Assembly: GCA_002633005.1 (NCBI GenBank)
Contig: NMRA01000166.1
Coordinates: 699,403 to 763,402 of the forward strand
DNA length: 64,000 nucleotides
Direction: 5' to 3'
Source: Phoronis australis
Taxonomy: Eukaryota; Animalia; Phoronida
Shown piece by piece: positions 26,511 to 39,474 of this stretch. A program made the translations under genes and the position numbers. Position 1 is the first letter of the stretch; each line of letters opens with the position of its first letter. The notes beneath the pieces were generated by a model, which worked only from the letters and a program-made list of their open reading frames with translations, was not told the origin of the DNA and did not search any database.

Positions 26511-26834
26511 AGAGTAAAAGCATTATTTGACAAAAATAGCTAGGCTTTTCTTAAAAGGTCCCGACCTCCGACCCCGGGCCTCTCACATAGAAAGTAGTTA
26601 CAAAGCCGAGGCGAGTCGAGAAAGGTAGATCGATTCATTCCATTGTTTCTCGTTCAGTATGTGGTATAAATAGATTATTACATGTTCTCAGTCGTTATCC
26701 CCCTAATCAAGAGCCCTCGTGGATTTTGGAGAATCATCACCCTCGGGGCAAACGTCCCTCGGGCGATAATTCTCCAAAATCCACTCGGGCACTAGATAAC
26801 GGGGAATAACGACTTCGCCATGTATTAATCTATA
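26511..26834. repeat. Dispersed element ending in a ~162-bp palindrome (copy 2)
   Basis: Aligns with 1-324; palindrome at 26671-26832. Confidence 0.9.
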
Positions 26835-27400
26835 TATCTAAATATTTGAATACTCTTATTAGATACTACTTACATGTATATAGTTCTATGTACACTAGTT
26901 TCATTTATGAACTGTCTACAACCCAGGTATAATGCTTCGCGACTTATGGGTTTGTTATTGTTTCCTTGTATGTTCTGTGTAATCTAATGTTACCGCAGAC
27001 TGCCATGTCATGTTATTCTGACTTACGCGTACGAATATGCTAGTTTCCCGCCATATAAGTAGACTTGTTACTGTGTATTTCTTGCATCAGATGTCGCTCT
27101 CTCCGACTATTTATTATCGTGCCGCCTTTTTCGAATGTCATTCCACAAACGTTTATGGTGGAGAAACGTCTACTGTACATAGTTATTCAACGGGTTTTGG
27201 TTGGATTTGGGGCGACATCGGCGTAAGTATTCGTGTTTCTTGATATAAAGCAGTTTATATACATTTGTTAGTTTTCCCATGTTCTGTCACTGTATTTAAC
27301 GTTTTGAACACTTGCTATTACTGTATGCCCTTTGCCATTTTCTAGGTTGTTGTCCGGGGGAATTGGCTTGTTATCTACATGGTATAGTATTATGTAAAGA

Positions 27401-27486
27401 CCACTACCACCACCACTACCACCACCACTACCACTACCACTACCACCACCACTACCACTACCACTACCACCACCACTACCACCACT
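27401..27486. repeat. (CAC/TAC)n trinucleotide microsatellite
   Basis: Directly visible. Confidence 0.95.
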
Positions 27487-27772
27487 GCGTATTTGTGGGC
27501 TTGTGAAAACAGATTGTCATTCCTTATGCTGATTGATTTCATTACTAAGGAATTCTTTTAATTGCCTTTAATACAAATTGAGAATGAACTTTACGTTGAA
27601 TTCTTGATATCATTGAAAATAAGTAGGTATTTTTTTCATTTTTCATGCAACACCCATAATTTAATGATTAAATCCTAATTATTTTGATAGAATTAAGGGC
27701 CCCGCTTTAGTTATATTATTAGAAAATGTTATTATTCAAAAAAGAGCTCATAGTGAAGATAAAATGATAGAA

Positions 27773-29024
27773 AAAACTAGAAAGATTATTGTCACGGCGT
27801 GACAATAACGGACTCTGCGCGTGCGTATTACTGGAATTATTATGGGAAGTTACTGACAGCAACCCGTTTACCAATATGAAAAGGAATTCTTTAAAATTGT
27901 AGGGGAAATTACATATTAATTTTTTGATGACCTTTCCACTAATTGACCTCTTCCGGTGCATTATGAGCCCCGATGAGGGAGTAATTGTTAACTCGATTAA
28001 AAGTGTAGTTAATGCTAATAATCACAGATGTTTTACTTTAAGCACTTCAGAATACAACATGAATGAATTGGTAAAACTTTCAGAAGAAAAATGCACCTAA
28101 TGACCCCATGGGTGCACCAAATGACCTGAAAATTTAGAATTTAAACTCAATCGTACTTAGTAAACAGATATGTAATTCTGAAATCTCTAACTCAAAATTT
28201 TAGTTTGCACTCAATGACCTTTGACCTATTTTTTTCTGATTGGTTAGACCTATTGCGAAGTAAAGTAGGGTATTCAATTGGCATGTTGACTTACACCAGT
28301 GTGTTGAAATTGAAAAGAATTCCTTGAAAAACGTAAGAGATTCAACATTTTGAGCGTTACACCTTATACGGTGCATTTTGAGCATCTTTAGGAGAATTAT
28401 TGCAAAGCCCATTGTAAATGTGTTTAACGCTGAGAATCACAGCTATCTAACGGTTGACACATCAGAATACTTGCTGATTGAAAAGGTCAAATTTTCAGAA
28501 GAAAAATTCACCTAATGACCTCATGTTTGCACTAAATGACCTGAAACTTTGGATTCCGATTTGATTTACCTGTGGCAATCAAACCTGTCAATTTGAAGTG
28601 TCTAGCTCAAAATTTTAGTTTGCACCTATTGACCTTTGACCTATTTCACCTGATTGGATGACCCGATTTCTTAGAAAAGTAATTTTTAAAATTGTCATAT
28701 TGACTTATATCTGTGCACCGAATTTGAAAAAGATAGCTTTAAAACTGAAGGAGGAGTAGCATTTTGAAAATTATATGACCTTTGCACCAAACGACCTCTT
28801 CCGGTGCAATATGGAATATGATTATATAACCAATCAAAATTTATATACTGTCAAAAGTTATATGCTGAATTTAAAGACCGTACCTGCACCCAATTTGGAG
28901 TTATTAAGCCTCAAAGTTGGTCGGAAGAAGAATAAGAAGAAGAATAAGAAGAATAAGAATAAGAATAAAATTGAAGAAAACCCAGGAACAACAGTACTCT
29001 GCGCTTACACGCGCAGAGTAATAA
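27773..29024 (+). mobile_element. Helentron-associated (HINE/DINE-like) non-autonomous element
   Basis: 5' palindrome ttattgtcacggcgtgacaataa and subterminal actctgcgc; internal duplicated gacctttgacc units (~28080 and ~28495); (AAG/AAT)n microsatellite at 28925-28970; 3' hairpin tactctgcgc-ttacac-gcgcagagta. Confidence 0.7.
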
Positions 29025-29539
29025 TACATCTGTGTGTAAAGAACGAATCAAATACGCCAAGATTTAGAGAGCTTTGTTGAGTCAATATTTGGTATTGTTC
29101 TAAAATACATGTGTAGATGTATTCTTTATTTTGGCAAGGTATATTTTTTCTGCATCGCGATTTCACTCATTTAACGAGATATTGGGTGACTTTGTTGGTA
29201 ATTAGCTATCTTTAGCACAATATGAAGGACAGCTTTGACGCACTGTGTTTGCTGAATGCGATTTAAGCTGGGACGAATAAAATTGCAGTGAGATACGACT
29301 ACATACATTAAGAAGACGAGTTTATTTCAAACAGTTTCAGAAAATAGGCTCGGGCGTATATTCGGTTTCATTTGACGTTTTGAAAGGTTGTTTTCCGATT
29401 ATACGCCCATGAGTCTATTTCCGAAAATTCCTGGTATTTAAATTGCCTTGATTTCAACGAAAGTCTGGCAGCCAATAGCGAGAAGTAGAGATTTGTATTA
29501 AAATCACAAAAACATAGCGGCAGTCAGGGCTGTCCATAA

Positions 29540-30010
29540 AGTCAGCGTGGGCTGTCACATTGTTGGAAAAAACTGCTCAGTCTACAAGGATCCCGTAAAT
29601 GAATCAGGAGCTACAATACAAAATCGCCACTAGGGGACGGAACAGTTGTCAGACTCATTCAAAAATCAACGTCAGCATAGAACACAACCGCTTAGTTTAA
29701 TAACGATCTTTTGAGCAGTTTGGCGGATAAAGAGGCGGACGCCAGAAAAACTGTCTTGAAATAATAAAAATGACCACGTGCGCAGAATACATCGAACCTG
29801 TCCAAAATTGAAAAGGCATTATCTCCTTAATAGAAGCCTATCTGCCAAATTTTACGAAAATCCATCCATGAACTCCAAAGATTGATACAGAGGTAAACGT
29901 AAAAAACAACCATACTAGGGGGCACAGCTGTAATCGGATTGGAACGCGAAAGCTCGTCAAAAACAAATCATGTCGAAAGTACCATCTCTTAACGTCTAGT
30001 ACAGAGTAAT
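29540..30010 (+). repeat. Tandem-subunit repeat family with ccactagggggc motifs (other pieces at ~31040-31148, 31690-31860, 52090-52560, 54620-54990)
   Basis: Shared blocks tgccaaatttta.gaaa.tcc and gatacagaggtaaacgtaaaaaa between 29840-29925 and 54750-54836. Confidence 0.75.
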
Positions 30011-30263
30011 TTACATTCCCCTGTGAGAAAAGTTCTAGAAAAACCCAAAATTCACGATTTTTAAATACGCGCTAAGGAAGAACTCTATGGTTACCACAGA
30101 CTTTCTAATCTCTCTCCCACTTATGGTAAGTGCGCGCATACGCTCACAGTCAGTTGCTTGACGTCGTTTGAGATCAAAGGTCTCATTTTCCATATAAGGA
30201 AAACGTGCTACGTCTATGTCTTGCCATATCAAATAAGGAGACGTGCTTTGCTTTGTGGGAGAA

Positions 30264-30815
30264 TGTCAGGAGTGGACTGACACTGTTCTTAGTTTTATTA
30301 TTTTGTTCTATTGTTCTGTTTGTGTTCCAGCAGATAGTTATTGATTGGCAGGTCAGCGATGATACAATTTGTTTATCAAAGAATAGTGTGGAACTTTATA
30401 GAAGATTCGAGCATGCAAGTGATTAATGTAATCTGGAAAATTCTAGAGCGTAGTATATATTTGTCGAATGGTTGAGTAGATTCCGGAAAGTTCTAGAATG
30501 TGCTTGAATTGGTGAAAAGTTGTAGAAAATTGCATGAGACTATAAATACCCTAACACGGGTTTGTGACAGTCAGTTGAATTACAAGACAGCTGCAGCTGA
30601 GTTGCTGAAAGTGTTTCAGAAGTTCATCACAAGCCAAGGCTTCGCAGCACTGGCTGGAGCATAGAACAAACATTACGTCGGTCGTTTTGTTTGAGTAGGT
30701 CGAGATTAATAAAGTGATTAACTCCAACGAGTCTTCAGTCTAGCGTCGCACCGAAAACGACTAGCATCGGTCGATAACTACCTGCGCCCACCCACACACG
30801 AGGAAAAACGTGACA
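30264..30815 (+). mobile_element. Solo LTR
   Basis: TGTCA...TGACA inverted termini, internal TATAAATA (30541) and AATAAA (~30708), near-TSD gagaa/gaaaa; homologous to 4590-5295. Confidence 0.78.
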
Positions 30816-31148
30816 GAAAAAATCGACGAATTGGCGAGAAGTTGACAGATCGTGTTTTTTTAATTTTAAACTAAAAGAAAATGGTTTGATATGAACATAA
30901 ATTAAAAGTCTTTACGGACAAGCCATAAAAATATCTGGTGAGTAGGTTGAAATCTGTTTCAGTGGCAGAGAACCACTTTCAATATTGCAATTTAGTCTGT
31001 TTATTGCGTCCCAGACCTCTTTAATCTCCTCGTCATCCGTTGCCATGTTCTCCATAGGAGCACATCTGTCAAATTTCTCGAAGATCGTTCAAGGAGGTAA
31101 GAAAACACACCCATGGACGCAAAAAACAAAATTGCCACTAGTGGGCAC

Positions 31149-31588
31149 CTGTGACCGGTTGCATGAAACAGTCCCAAATAGGGATTCAACTAGAGTCCCG
31201 AAATCTACTGCGTATTTTTGGACTTGTGAAAACATCGATTGCCCTTTCTTGGATTGTTTTAGTTTCATTACTAAGTTAACTTTTGACTTTGATACAAATC
31301 GAGTGTGAACTCTACGTTGAATTGTCAATGTTATCGAAAATAATTAGGGATCTTTTCACGCAACAGCCCCAATTTAAGGACTGAGTCCCAATTTATTTTC
31401 AATGAACTCTCGGCTCAGTTTTTAGTTATATTATAAGAAAATTTTATTAATCAAAGAGGAGCTCATAGTAGAGATGAAATGATAGAAAAATATTGCACCT
31501 GTGCGTCCATGAAGACACAAATGTGCAAAAAGACTTAGGGACCTTAGTTGAGTCTCTATTTGGGACTGTTTCCTGGAACCGTCCACAG
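31149..31588. mobile_element. MITE with ~58-bp imperfect TIRs; partial copies at ~27540-27775 and ~50790-51020
   Basis: ctgtgaccggttgcatgaaacagtcccaaataggga versus tctctatttgggactgtttcctggaaccgtccacag; internal block aaagaggag...aaatgatagaaaaa shared with the other copies. Confidence 0.8.
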
Positions 31589-32032
31589 AGCAGTAAAACG
31601 CATCCGAAAAGCAATGTCTTCTCACCAGCAAAACATCTGTAACTTTTTATAATGATCTTTTAAGTGGTTTGGCGCACATCAAAAATGCACTCAAAGTGTT
31701 TTAAATGACCATCAAGTGGTGCAGAATACGTCAAATTTGTCCCAAAATTGGAAAGCGTCGACGTCCTCTCAATAGAAACCTGTTTGCCAAATTTCTTGAA
31801 AATCCATCGAGGAACACTAAAGACACAGAGGCAAACGGCATTGGTTTCAGCGAATGGACATGTCTGACAGGCATTGGTGCGAACTGGCGATTTTGTAATA
31901 AAATCACAAAGAAACAACGAGTTTGGTTGTTGGGTAGCTCTGGTTAAACCTAATAACTTCAAAAAGTCTACCCAATCCAATAATATTAAAAAAATATTTC
32001 CTGCCGTAAAAGCGATAATATCTCTTTAACCC

Positions 32033-32503
32033 TTTCTAAAACCGCTCTGAGGTGGTGGTGTGTTATAACTATTATTAAAATCACTTGGTCTATTTACACC
32101 GACCCTTTGTCTATTTACACTGTCGCGACGTTTCGGTCGGCCTATTCTCCGGCCATCGTCAGGTGTTCCCGCGTTCTTAGAAGAACGAGCACGGATGTTT
32201 GGTACACTCATGGGTGATTTTTTGTCCGAGGCTGGATTTGAATCTACGACTTCTGAAACTACAGATAATTCGAGTCCAGCACCTTAACCACTACACCAAA
32301 TGTAAATGGATGACTCCGTGGTGTAGTGGTTAAGGTGTTGGACTCGAAATATCTGTAGTTTTATAAGTCGTGGGTTCAAATCCTGCCTGGGAAAAAAATC
32401 ACACCATGAGTGTACCACATATCCGTGCTCGTTCTTCTAAGAACGCGGGAACACGAAACGTCGTGACATAGTAAATAGAGCAAGAGATTTTAATAATAGT
32501 TAT
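32033..32503. mobile_element. Head-to-head inverted pair of tRNA-Ser-derived SINE-like units with a Penelope-type hammerhead motif
   Basis: 32065-32298 and ~32318-32503 are inverted copies. Heads read gtggttaaggtgttggactcgaaat...ggttcaaatcc, resembling tRNA-Ser(CGA). Flanking direct repeat tatctctttaaccc / tatctctttagccc. Confidence 0.8.
32117..32167 (-). ncRNA. Minimal hammerhead ribozyme-like motif
   Basis: Minus strand CUGACGA-u-GGCCGG-agaauagg-CCGACC-GAAAC-GUC contains the CUGANGA and GAAA cores, stem II, a palindromic ACGU minimal stem III and a GUC triplet. Confidence 0.62.
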
Positions 32504-33228
32504 CTCTTTAGCCCGTTAGACATGAACACTGTACACGGCGACGTCCTAAAAATTATAGCCCGACAATCTGATCGACAAGTGCAGGTTTCCTACGAATAAC
32601 TCTCTCTACGTACACAATGATTTCTTGGAATTATTTAATCGATATAAAGCCATTGTTAATACTTCTTGCGTAATTTACAAATAGGAGTCTTCAACTTCGT
32701 CAAACTTCATGTATTAGAGTCTCACATTATTTGGTTGGAAGTGTTTTGATTTTGCTAAGCTTCACATGAACATGTTCTGTGGTTCTCTCAACCAATTTGA
32801 AAGTTTGTATATATATTTCCTCTCGTGAATAGGCAAATGCCCCGGAACGCCTCTTCAAAAGAGAGCCCCGTCTCAAAGGAGGCCCTTTAAACAGTACACA
32901 CCATGGATTTTTGCACATTTTGAGTTACCGGTGGCCACAGACTAAATGTATGACGTAAAATTTAGCTAAACCCATGTTTATTTCGTGTAATTAGCTCGAA
33001 ATTTTGATTTTTCTTTCAATTTTGCCAATTTTCACATTTGCCGCCATGTGACGTCATGGGTTGAAAACAAGAGATCAGTGACTAGCATTGAACAATGGCG
33101 GAGAGCAGGGAATTTGAAAGCGACGACGATTATGAGCATGAATTGAACGAATACTATGAAAAAACGTACGGGCATGGTGGCCAGGATGAGGAAATGGGGT
33201 TGCACGAAAGCGAGAACAAGTTTAATGT

Positions 33229-33711
33229 NNNNNNNNNNNNNNNNNNNNNNNNNNNNNNNNNNNNNNNNNNNNNNNNNNNNNNNNNNNNNNNNNNNNNNNN
33301 NNNNNNNNNNNNNNNNNNNNNNNNNNNNNNNNNNNNNNNNNNNNNNNNNNNNNNNNNNNNNNNNNNNNNNNNNNNNNNNNNNNNNNNNNNNNNNNNNNNN
33401 NNNNNNNNNNNNNNNNNNNNNNNNNNNNNNNNNNNNNNNNNNNNNNNNNNNNNNNNNNNNNNNNNNNNNNNNNNNNNNNNNNNNNNNNNNNNNNNNNNNN
33501 NNNNNNNNNNNNNNNNNNNNNNNNNNNNNNNNNNNNNNNNNNNNNNNNNNNNNNNNNNNNNNNNNNNNNNNNNNNNNNNNNNNNNNNNNNNNNNNNNNNN
33601 NNNNNNNNNNNNNNNNNNNNNNNNNNNNNNNNNNNNNNNNNNNNNNNNNNNNNNNNNNNNNNNNNNNNNNNNNNNNNNNNNNNNNNNNNNNNNNNNNNNN
33701 NNNNNNNNNNN
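33229..33711. other. Assembly gap
   Basis: Run of N. Confidence 1.
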
Positions 33712-34258
33712 NTGGAAGGACTACAAAATTGTTATGCTTTTCAAAAACAATAAAAGAAGTATTTCACTTTTCGGTGTTGATGATTGAAATTGACTGTTTT
33801 TATAAGCACGTCACTGCGTATTCCTTGACAATCAGTCTGACTGTTTGTCTGGTCGCGCTCTATATCTTTTAGATTTAGACCTTATGTTTTGGGGTTTGTT
33901 TTTGCATCTGCTGTTTGTGATAAAAATAAATGATTGACTTTGAGTCTATGCCACCACTATCCTTTACCGATGTTTTGATGTGGTGACATCACGGTGTCGG
34001 GTATGGGACGTCCTTATGGAGAATCAGAACAAATAATGTTACGTGACTGGAATGTCTAGGCGCACACAGGGCACATGCTTGTACGTGTGCGTGTCTGTGT
34101 TCCAATGAACTTTGGACAATATATTGAAATCTTTAAAAATTGCATAATTACACCAAGGAACTGAATACAACGCTATATCTGTTGTCTTTATATAGACGCT
34201 GAGGTTGGCCAGTAATGAAATATATCAAATAAACACAGAAAAGTCAGGAAACCCAACT

Positions 34259-34345
34259 GCTCTCTCTCTCTCTCTCTCTCTAGAGCACTTGAGCGGCAAT
34301 CTAGAGTCCTGTGGTTCGATTCCCAGTTGTGGTTCCGGATTTTTC
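34259..34345 (+). repeat. (CT)n microsatellite followed by tRNA-SINE-like fragment
   Basis: ctctct run, then tagagcac...ggttcgattccc (B box). Confidence 0.55.
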
Positions 34346-35248
34346 TGTGTTTATTTGATCTGTTGTCTTTGAAACACAAAAATATTTATAAAATTTGCTT
34401 ACGTGATGCAAGATACTACCTTTCATCTCCTTGTAGGCTAGTATAAGAATATAAATGAATAACGCATGTTTTAAATAACATTGCTCCACCTAAATACACA
34501 TATAAACGTTTTAGTGAAATCACCAGTTGTAGTCCACGATGTGTGAATTTATTTTAGCCCGTGTTTTATTGCGTGAAGCCACCGCTAACGAGGTAACTGG
34601 TCACAATACGACCTTAGATCAGATTTTCTGATAAACAAACCTCTTGACGATAGCGGGACTTGTACAAACCATTGACGAAGTACAAGGTCCCTTGAGAAGG
34701 GAGGAGGTGTTAATGCAACGGCGAGACTTAGTGATTTGTTACAAAATAACAAAAATACAACGGATATTTTGTTTTATAACTCTGTTCAAAGCTAATAACT
34801 TCAAAGTGTCTATCCCATTCAACAGCAATCCCAAAGTTGCCTTTTTCAGCCTCAAAACGATAAAGTTCTTATATAGGCTGTTTATAGAAATACACTTTTT
34901 TCACAACACTACCAAGTTTCAAGTTGAATTTTTATTCTTATGAAATACAATTGTTTCTTGGTTTTCATTTGTTAATGTTGTATTAAATCGAATGTGATGG
35001 TTTAACTTCCTTACTCTGGACAAAATTTTTGATACATGCAGATTCTTACCACACGTCTTTAAGTAGCGTGTTCCTTTTACACGCGGAATCTCGCCCTCCG
35101 GGAATGTACGGTACTGCAGAACGCATAAGCCTCTTGGAAATAGGCTACATGTTCTGTTTTCAAGCCAACTTATCGAACGATTAATCGACATTTACCACTT
35201 AGAGCGCTGTGGGAGATGAAGATAATCTGATGGTGGGCATTTGAAAAA

Positions 35249-38200
35249 ATGAGACTGGCATACATGACTCTGGTTTTAACAACTCTCGCTTCCTGTATAA
35301 GTAAGGTTTGAAATTGCTTTTTGTGTGACATTATGCAAAGAAACTTTCAATAGTACTTCTATATCACACACTATTTTGGTTATTGGTACGTTTTTAAAAG
35401 CTGGTTCTAGTCCGCCTTGTCATCAAGCGAAAAGGAACTTTTGATTTAGACCACTTGCCGCAATAATACTGGTCTCTATTTTTTCCTCACATAAATGAGG
35501 AATATTTTCTGGGACCGGAAAGAACTGATCGTTAAGAGACCGCATAATATAATCTGCTTCCATGGCAAGTTCACGTTCAGCTTGAACTTCAGCAAAAATC
35601 TGTCAGTTATTTTAAAGCTCTGAAATCACCTTTTATTCAAGTAGTAACCAACTACGAGTGTTTCTTCTTTGCACAATCCCAAACCTGAACAACCGTTGCC
35701 TTCAGTGAAAAAGTGATATAATTGTGCACGTTTGTGCGTTGTTTTTCGCACTAAGCGATTGTAATTTCTCTCCCCATTCGTCTGTTTAGGTTATTGTGAA
35801 AACGTGTTATTAAAGGCAATAGCACGGTCCCGGATTACACAGCTACATTTGAATTTCACGGCATTGACCCACAATGCTTCAACATCCGTCAAGCAGTTCT
35901 CTAGCCTCGTTTTTTACGCTTCTGAAGTTTCTCGTGTAATTTTTTAAATTTTACTCGACTGCATGAATTGTATTCGCCAGCGAACTTATACTGTTGTGCT
36001 GTGGGCTGCAATCCCGACAGTAGAAAGATAGATAAACTTGGGATGTGTCCATGAATTATATCTTTTCCGTACTTTCTAAAACGAGACCAATGTAATAAGA
36101 CGTTTTCCTGTCTCCAAGGGAGATTTCTATCCGGGACCGTCTTATTGCTTTAGTACCTATGTCTTTGGTCAACGTTATGCAAACATGGTTTCGACAGATG
36201 TATGACTGGCATCTGTAACATGAGGAGTGAAACCAAACTTTACGGAGATTTTAACGTCTCTTCGATGAAAGGGCAAGACTCTGTCTTGGTCAAATGCTAG
36301 CCCTACCATGGAGTGTGCAATGCTTTCTTTGGGGAGGCACTGTAGCGTTTTCTCTCACGGAGCACACGTCAGTCACTGGACTTGCTGCCTTTCTTCTATT
36401 TGATCAAAAAACGTGTGAACAGAAAACTTGTGTCATTTCACATCAAAAGCACACATGACAAAGAAACTTTATTTTTTCTATCTCATATTTAGCCCTTTCA
36501 CTCCCATGGAAAAGTAAACCAAGCTCAGAAAAAGGTGGCAAATAGCACAGAATTGACACTTTTCACCCAAAAACCACAACTTCCGTGCCAGTGCTCTACA
36601 TAACCCAACATTAGGCTCTGAAAGCAAAGTCACCACAGATTCTAAAAATGTGGTCCAAAAGTGCTGCCATTACATTACATTTCTGTTAATTCTAGGTTGT
36701 TTGAGGGCACCAATATAACAATGGTAGAGGCGCCGCCATTTTAAGAAAAAAAGTATCTACAGCTGAATTAGTGGACTTTTCTTATTCGTAACATTTTCAC
36801 AAATACGAGCAAACCAATTTCACTGAACTTAATCGTAATGTATACCTCAAGACCGCCTCTATATATTTGTGTTGAAGCCTGGAGAGCTGGTTTGTGTTTT
36901 GTTTCTTTTACTTTTAATCACAAACTTCTATGGAATCATTTGTATAGTGTTTTAAACGATAATGAAAATTTTACAGCTTTTGGAACATCAAAAACTGATT
37001 TTGAGAGTATAAATTGTCGAGATATCCAAAACTGAAGATTTGATAAACTTTCTTAGTCAATAAAAATGCACGTGACACTTTTCGTGCAATATCATTATGA
37101 ATGAAAAGGTCATTGGAGCCAGAAACGCGAATAGAATACGGGTAATATTGTCGGATGGTTTTGAAACTGCCGGGAAACAACTCCTGGAGTTGAATAGCCT
37201 CGAACCAGTCTCCAGCGCGCAGTCAGCTTCGTGTATGACGGATAACACAGTTAGTACCTGACTGTATTCGCTTCCTCATTTAGAAAATCGTGTGAGTTGA
37301 CCTGCGTGATAGGTGTCGCTCAGTGGTGTACGTTTATTACGAACTAACACTAACGCAGACTGTGTTATTATGCATCCTTCTGCTGCGAGGCAGATTGTCA
37401 CCCACCTTTACAGTTCAACATGTTATATAACTTTTGTAATTACTGATATCTGTAGTAGTTTAGTTTGTCATAATATATATGACCTTTTATCTCAACTACA
37501 CGTGTTGTTTCACTGTAAACTAGCTTCGGTATCGCTTCGCAGTTAGCGCATATAAAAACTATTAATAAGTATTAAATTATTTTATGTAAGCTATACTGCC
37601 TCAACCTCATTATCATATTGTTTGGATTCTCTGGTCAGTGACCCTCTTTGTTTTATCATTATTGGTTCAATTGTACCACGTGATCTCTTTGTCTTGTCGC
37701 AGCACTGGGCCATCGACAACAGTTTTCTCCAACTTTCATTTTTCACTCAATTTCTCTTTCCCTCCCTCCCCCAAACCAATTTTCTTTCTCTCTTATCCTC
37801 AAATTTCCCATGTCGCTGTCCCGGTGTTGCTGTTATGCTTCGGCATATTGTTTCTTAACTTACTATTCACCACTTGTGTATACCTTCATTGGAGGCAGAT
37901 TGTCACCCACCTTTACAGTTCAACATGTTATATAACTTTTGTAATTACTGATATCTGTAGTAGTTTAGTTTGTCATAATATATATGACCTTTTATCTCAA
38001 CTACACGTGTTGTTTCACTGTAAACTAGCTTCGGTATCGCTTCGCAGTTAGCGCATATAAAAATATGTTGCCGTTAGCAAGCGGACGACTACATGAAATT
38101 AGAAGTTATGAAAGGTCAACCTCCGTCGCTTAGGTCCTCGTGCGTTATTTCTATGACCAGAAGAGATCGGAGGCGTCTAGTCTCGCTATGGGTACTAGTC

Positions 38201-39427
38201 TAGTTAATATGGTGAAATATTGGCAGATATTTGAAGAATTGTAAAGAATAATGACATCAACTTAAAATTTCGGGCGTTAATCCTGCTGCGACTTAGCATC
38301 ACGGAATCGTGCCTGTGGACTGCCTTGCGATCCGTCATCGGCCTGCGACGTTTTACTTTCGTTTTATTTTACGTTGTTTGTATCTAATTCAAGTAAACAA
38401 AAGCCATAAACGATCTAAATTTTTCCATGGATGACAACTTAGATTTCTTTTAAGACGTTTTACACTTGTCATCTTTAGAAATCGCGAAAAACTTATGTAG
38501 GGTGCTTTTAAGGTTTGTTTTTACGGCACCTTAACTTTTACACAATTAAAATTTTGGCCGCCGGGTGGAGCTCATTGCTCCTGATGATAGTCCATCCACC
38601 ACAAATTTAATTATCGGTGACTTTTCATATTGGCGCAATCTAGAGTAATTAGGACGTGAAAGTGACTTCCGATTGCTCCCGACTCAGATTCCGCAATGGA
38701 CAGAAGCTCATTTACTGCATAGTGGTTCATTGATCTAAGAACAATGGAACAAATCCCCCCTGTCAGCCCCTCCAATTGTTTGATTAGTTTAAGTGCATTA
38801 ATTTACTTTAGCTTTTTAACATCGCCTGGGACAGATTCTTCTTCGCAGTGTAAAATGTTTGGAACATGATGTCATTGTTCATCCATTGCTATTTCATAAA
38901 GTTTGCCTCTTTCCGTAAGGCATTAGTACACCCCACAGACAAATTGCCGGCTTCATGATACCAGGAAAGGTGATTACACCAGTAGGTTGAAATCTTGCGT
39001 ACGCATTACGTAGGATCTGCATGTGGTGCTGAACGCCTGTCCACCATTCCAGATCGCCGTCTGGCGGTATAGTGAATTTCAATATGGCGTGGCTATTTCA
39101 CATTCCACTCTTCTAATAGTTGCTGTCTTCTGTCTTTAATCACCATCAACAGATCGACGTCGTCAAAATCGCGCTCAGTGTTATTAGGCCTACTATTCTT
39201 CCAAGTCACTATAATGTCTTTAGGTCATAGTCCAGAACATAATGCATTGACGTATTCTGCTCGTCAAGGGTTAGGCTATTGCATTGCTGTATCATGTGTA
39301 GAACAATGCTTCTTGAAGTCTCCTGAATAGTTTCATAACAGGGTGAGAACTCATTAGGTCTTCATAACACAACGAGATCCGCTTCATGTCGACGTTATTA
39401 AACTAAAAGGCATGGTGTACTGTTCCC

Positions 39428-39474
<47 letters not shown>

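Noticed and set aside
27312-27506. His/Tyr-rich ORF
   Set aside because: Trinucleotide microsatellite with no exon support.
32312-32391. Functional tRNA-Ser gene
   Set aside because: Acceptor and anticodon stems are broken and it is embedded in a duplicated repeat unit, so it is treated as a SINE head.
33095-33872. Long ORFs of 230-238 aa (also 52736-53140)
   Set aside because: Their length comes from N runs.
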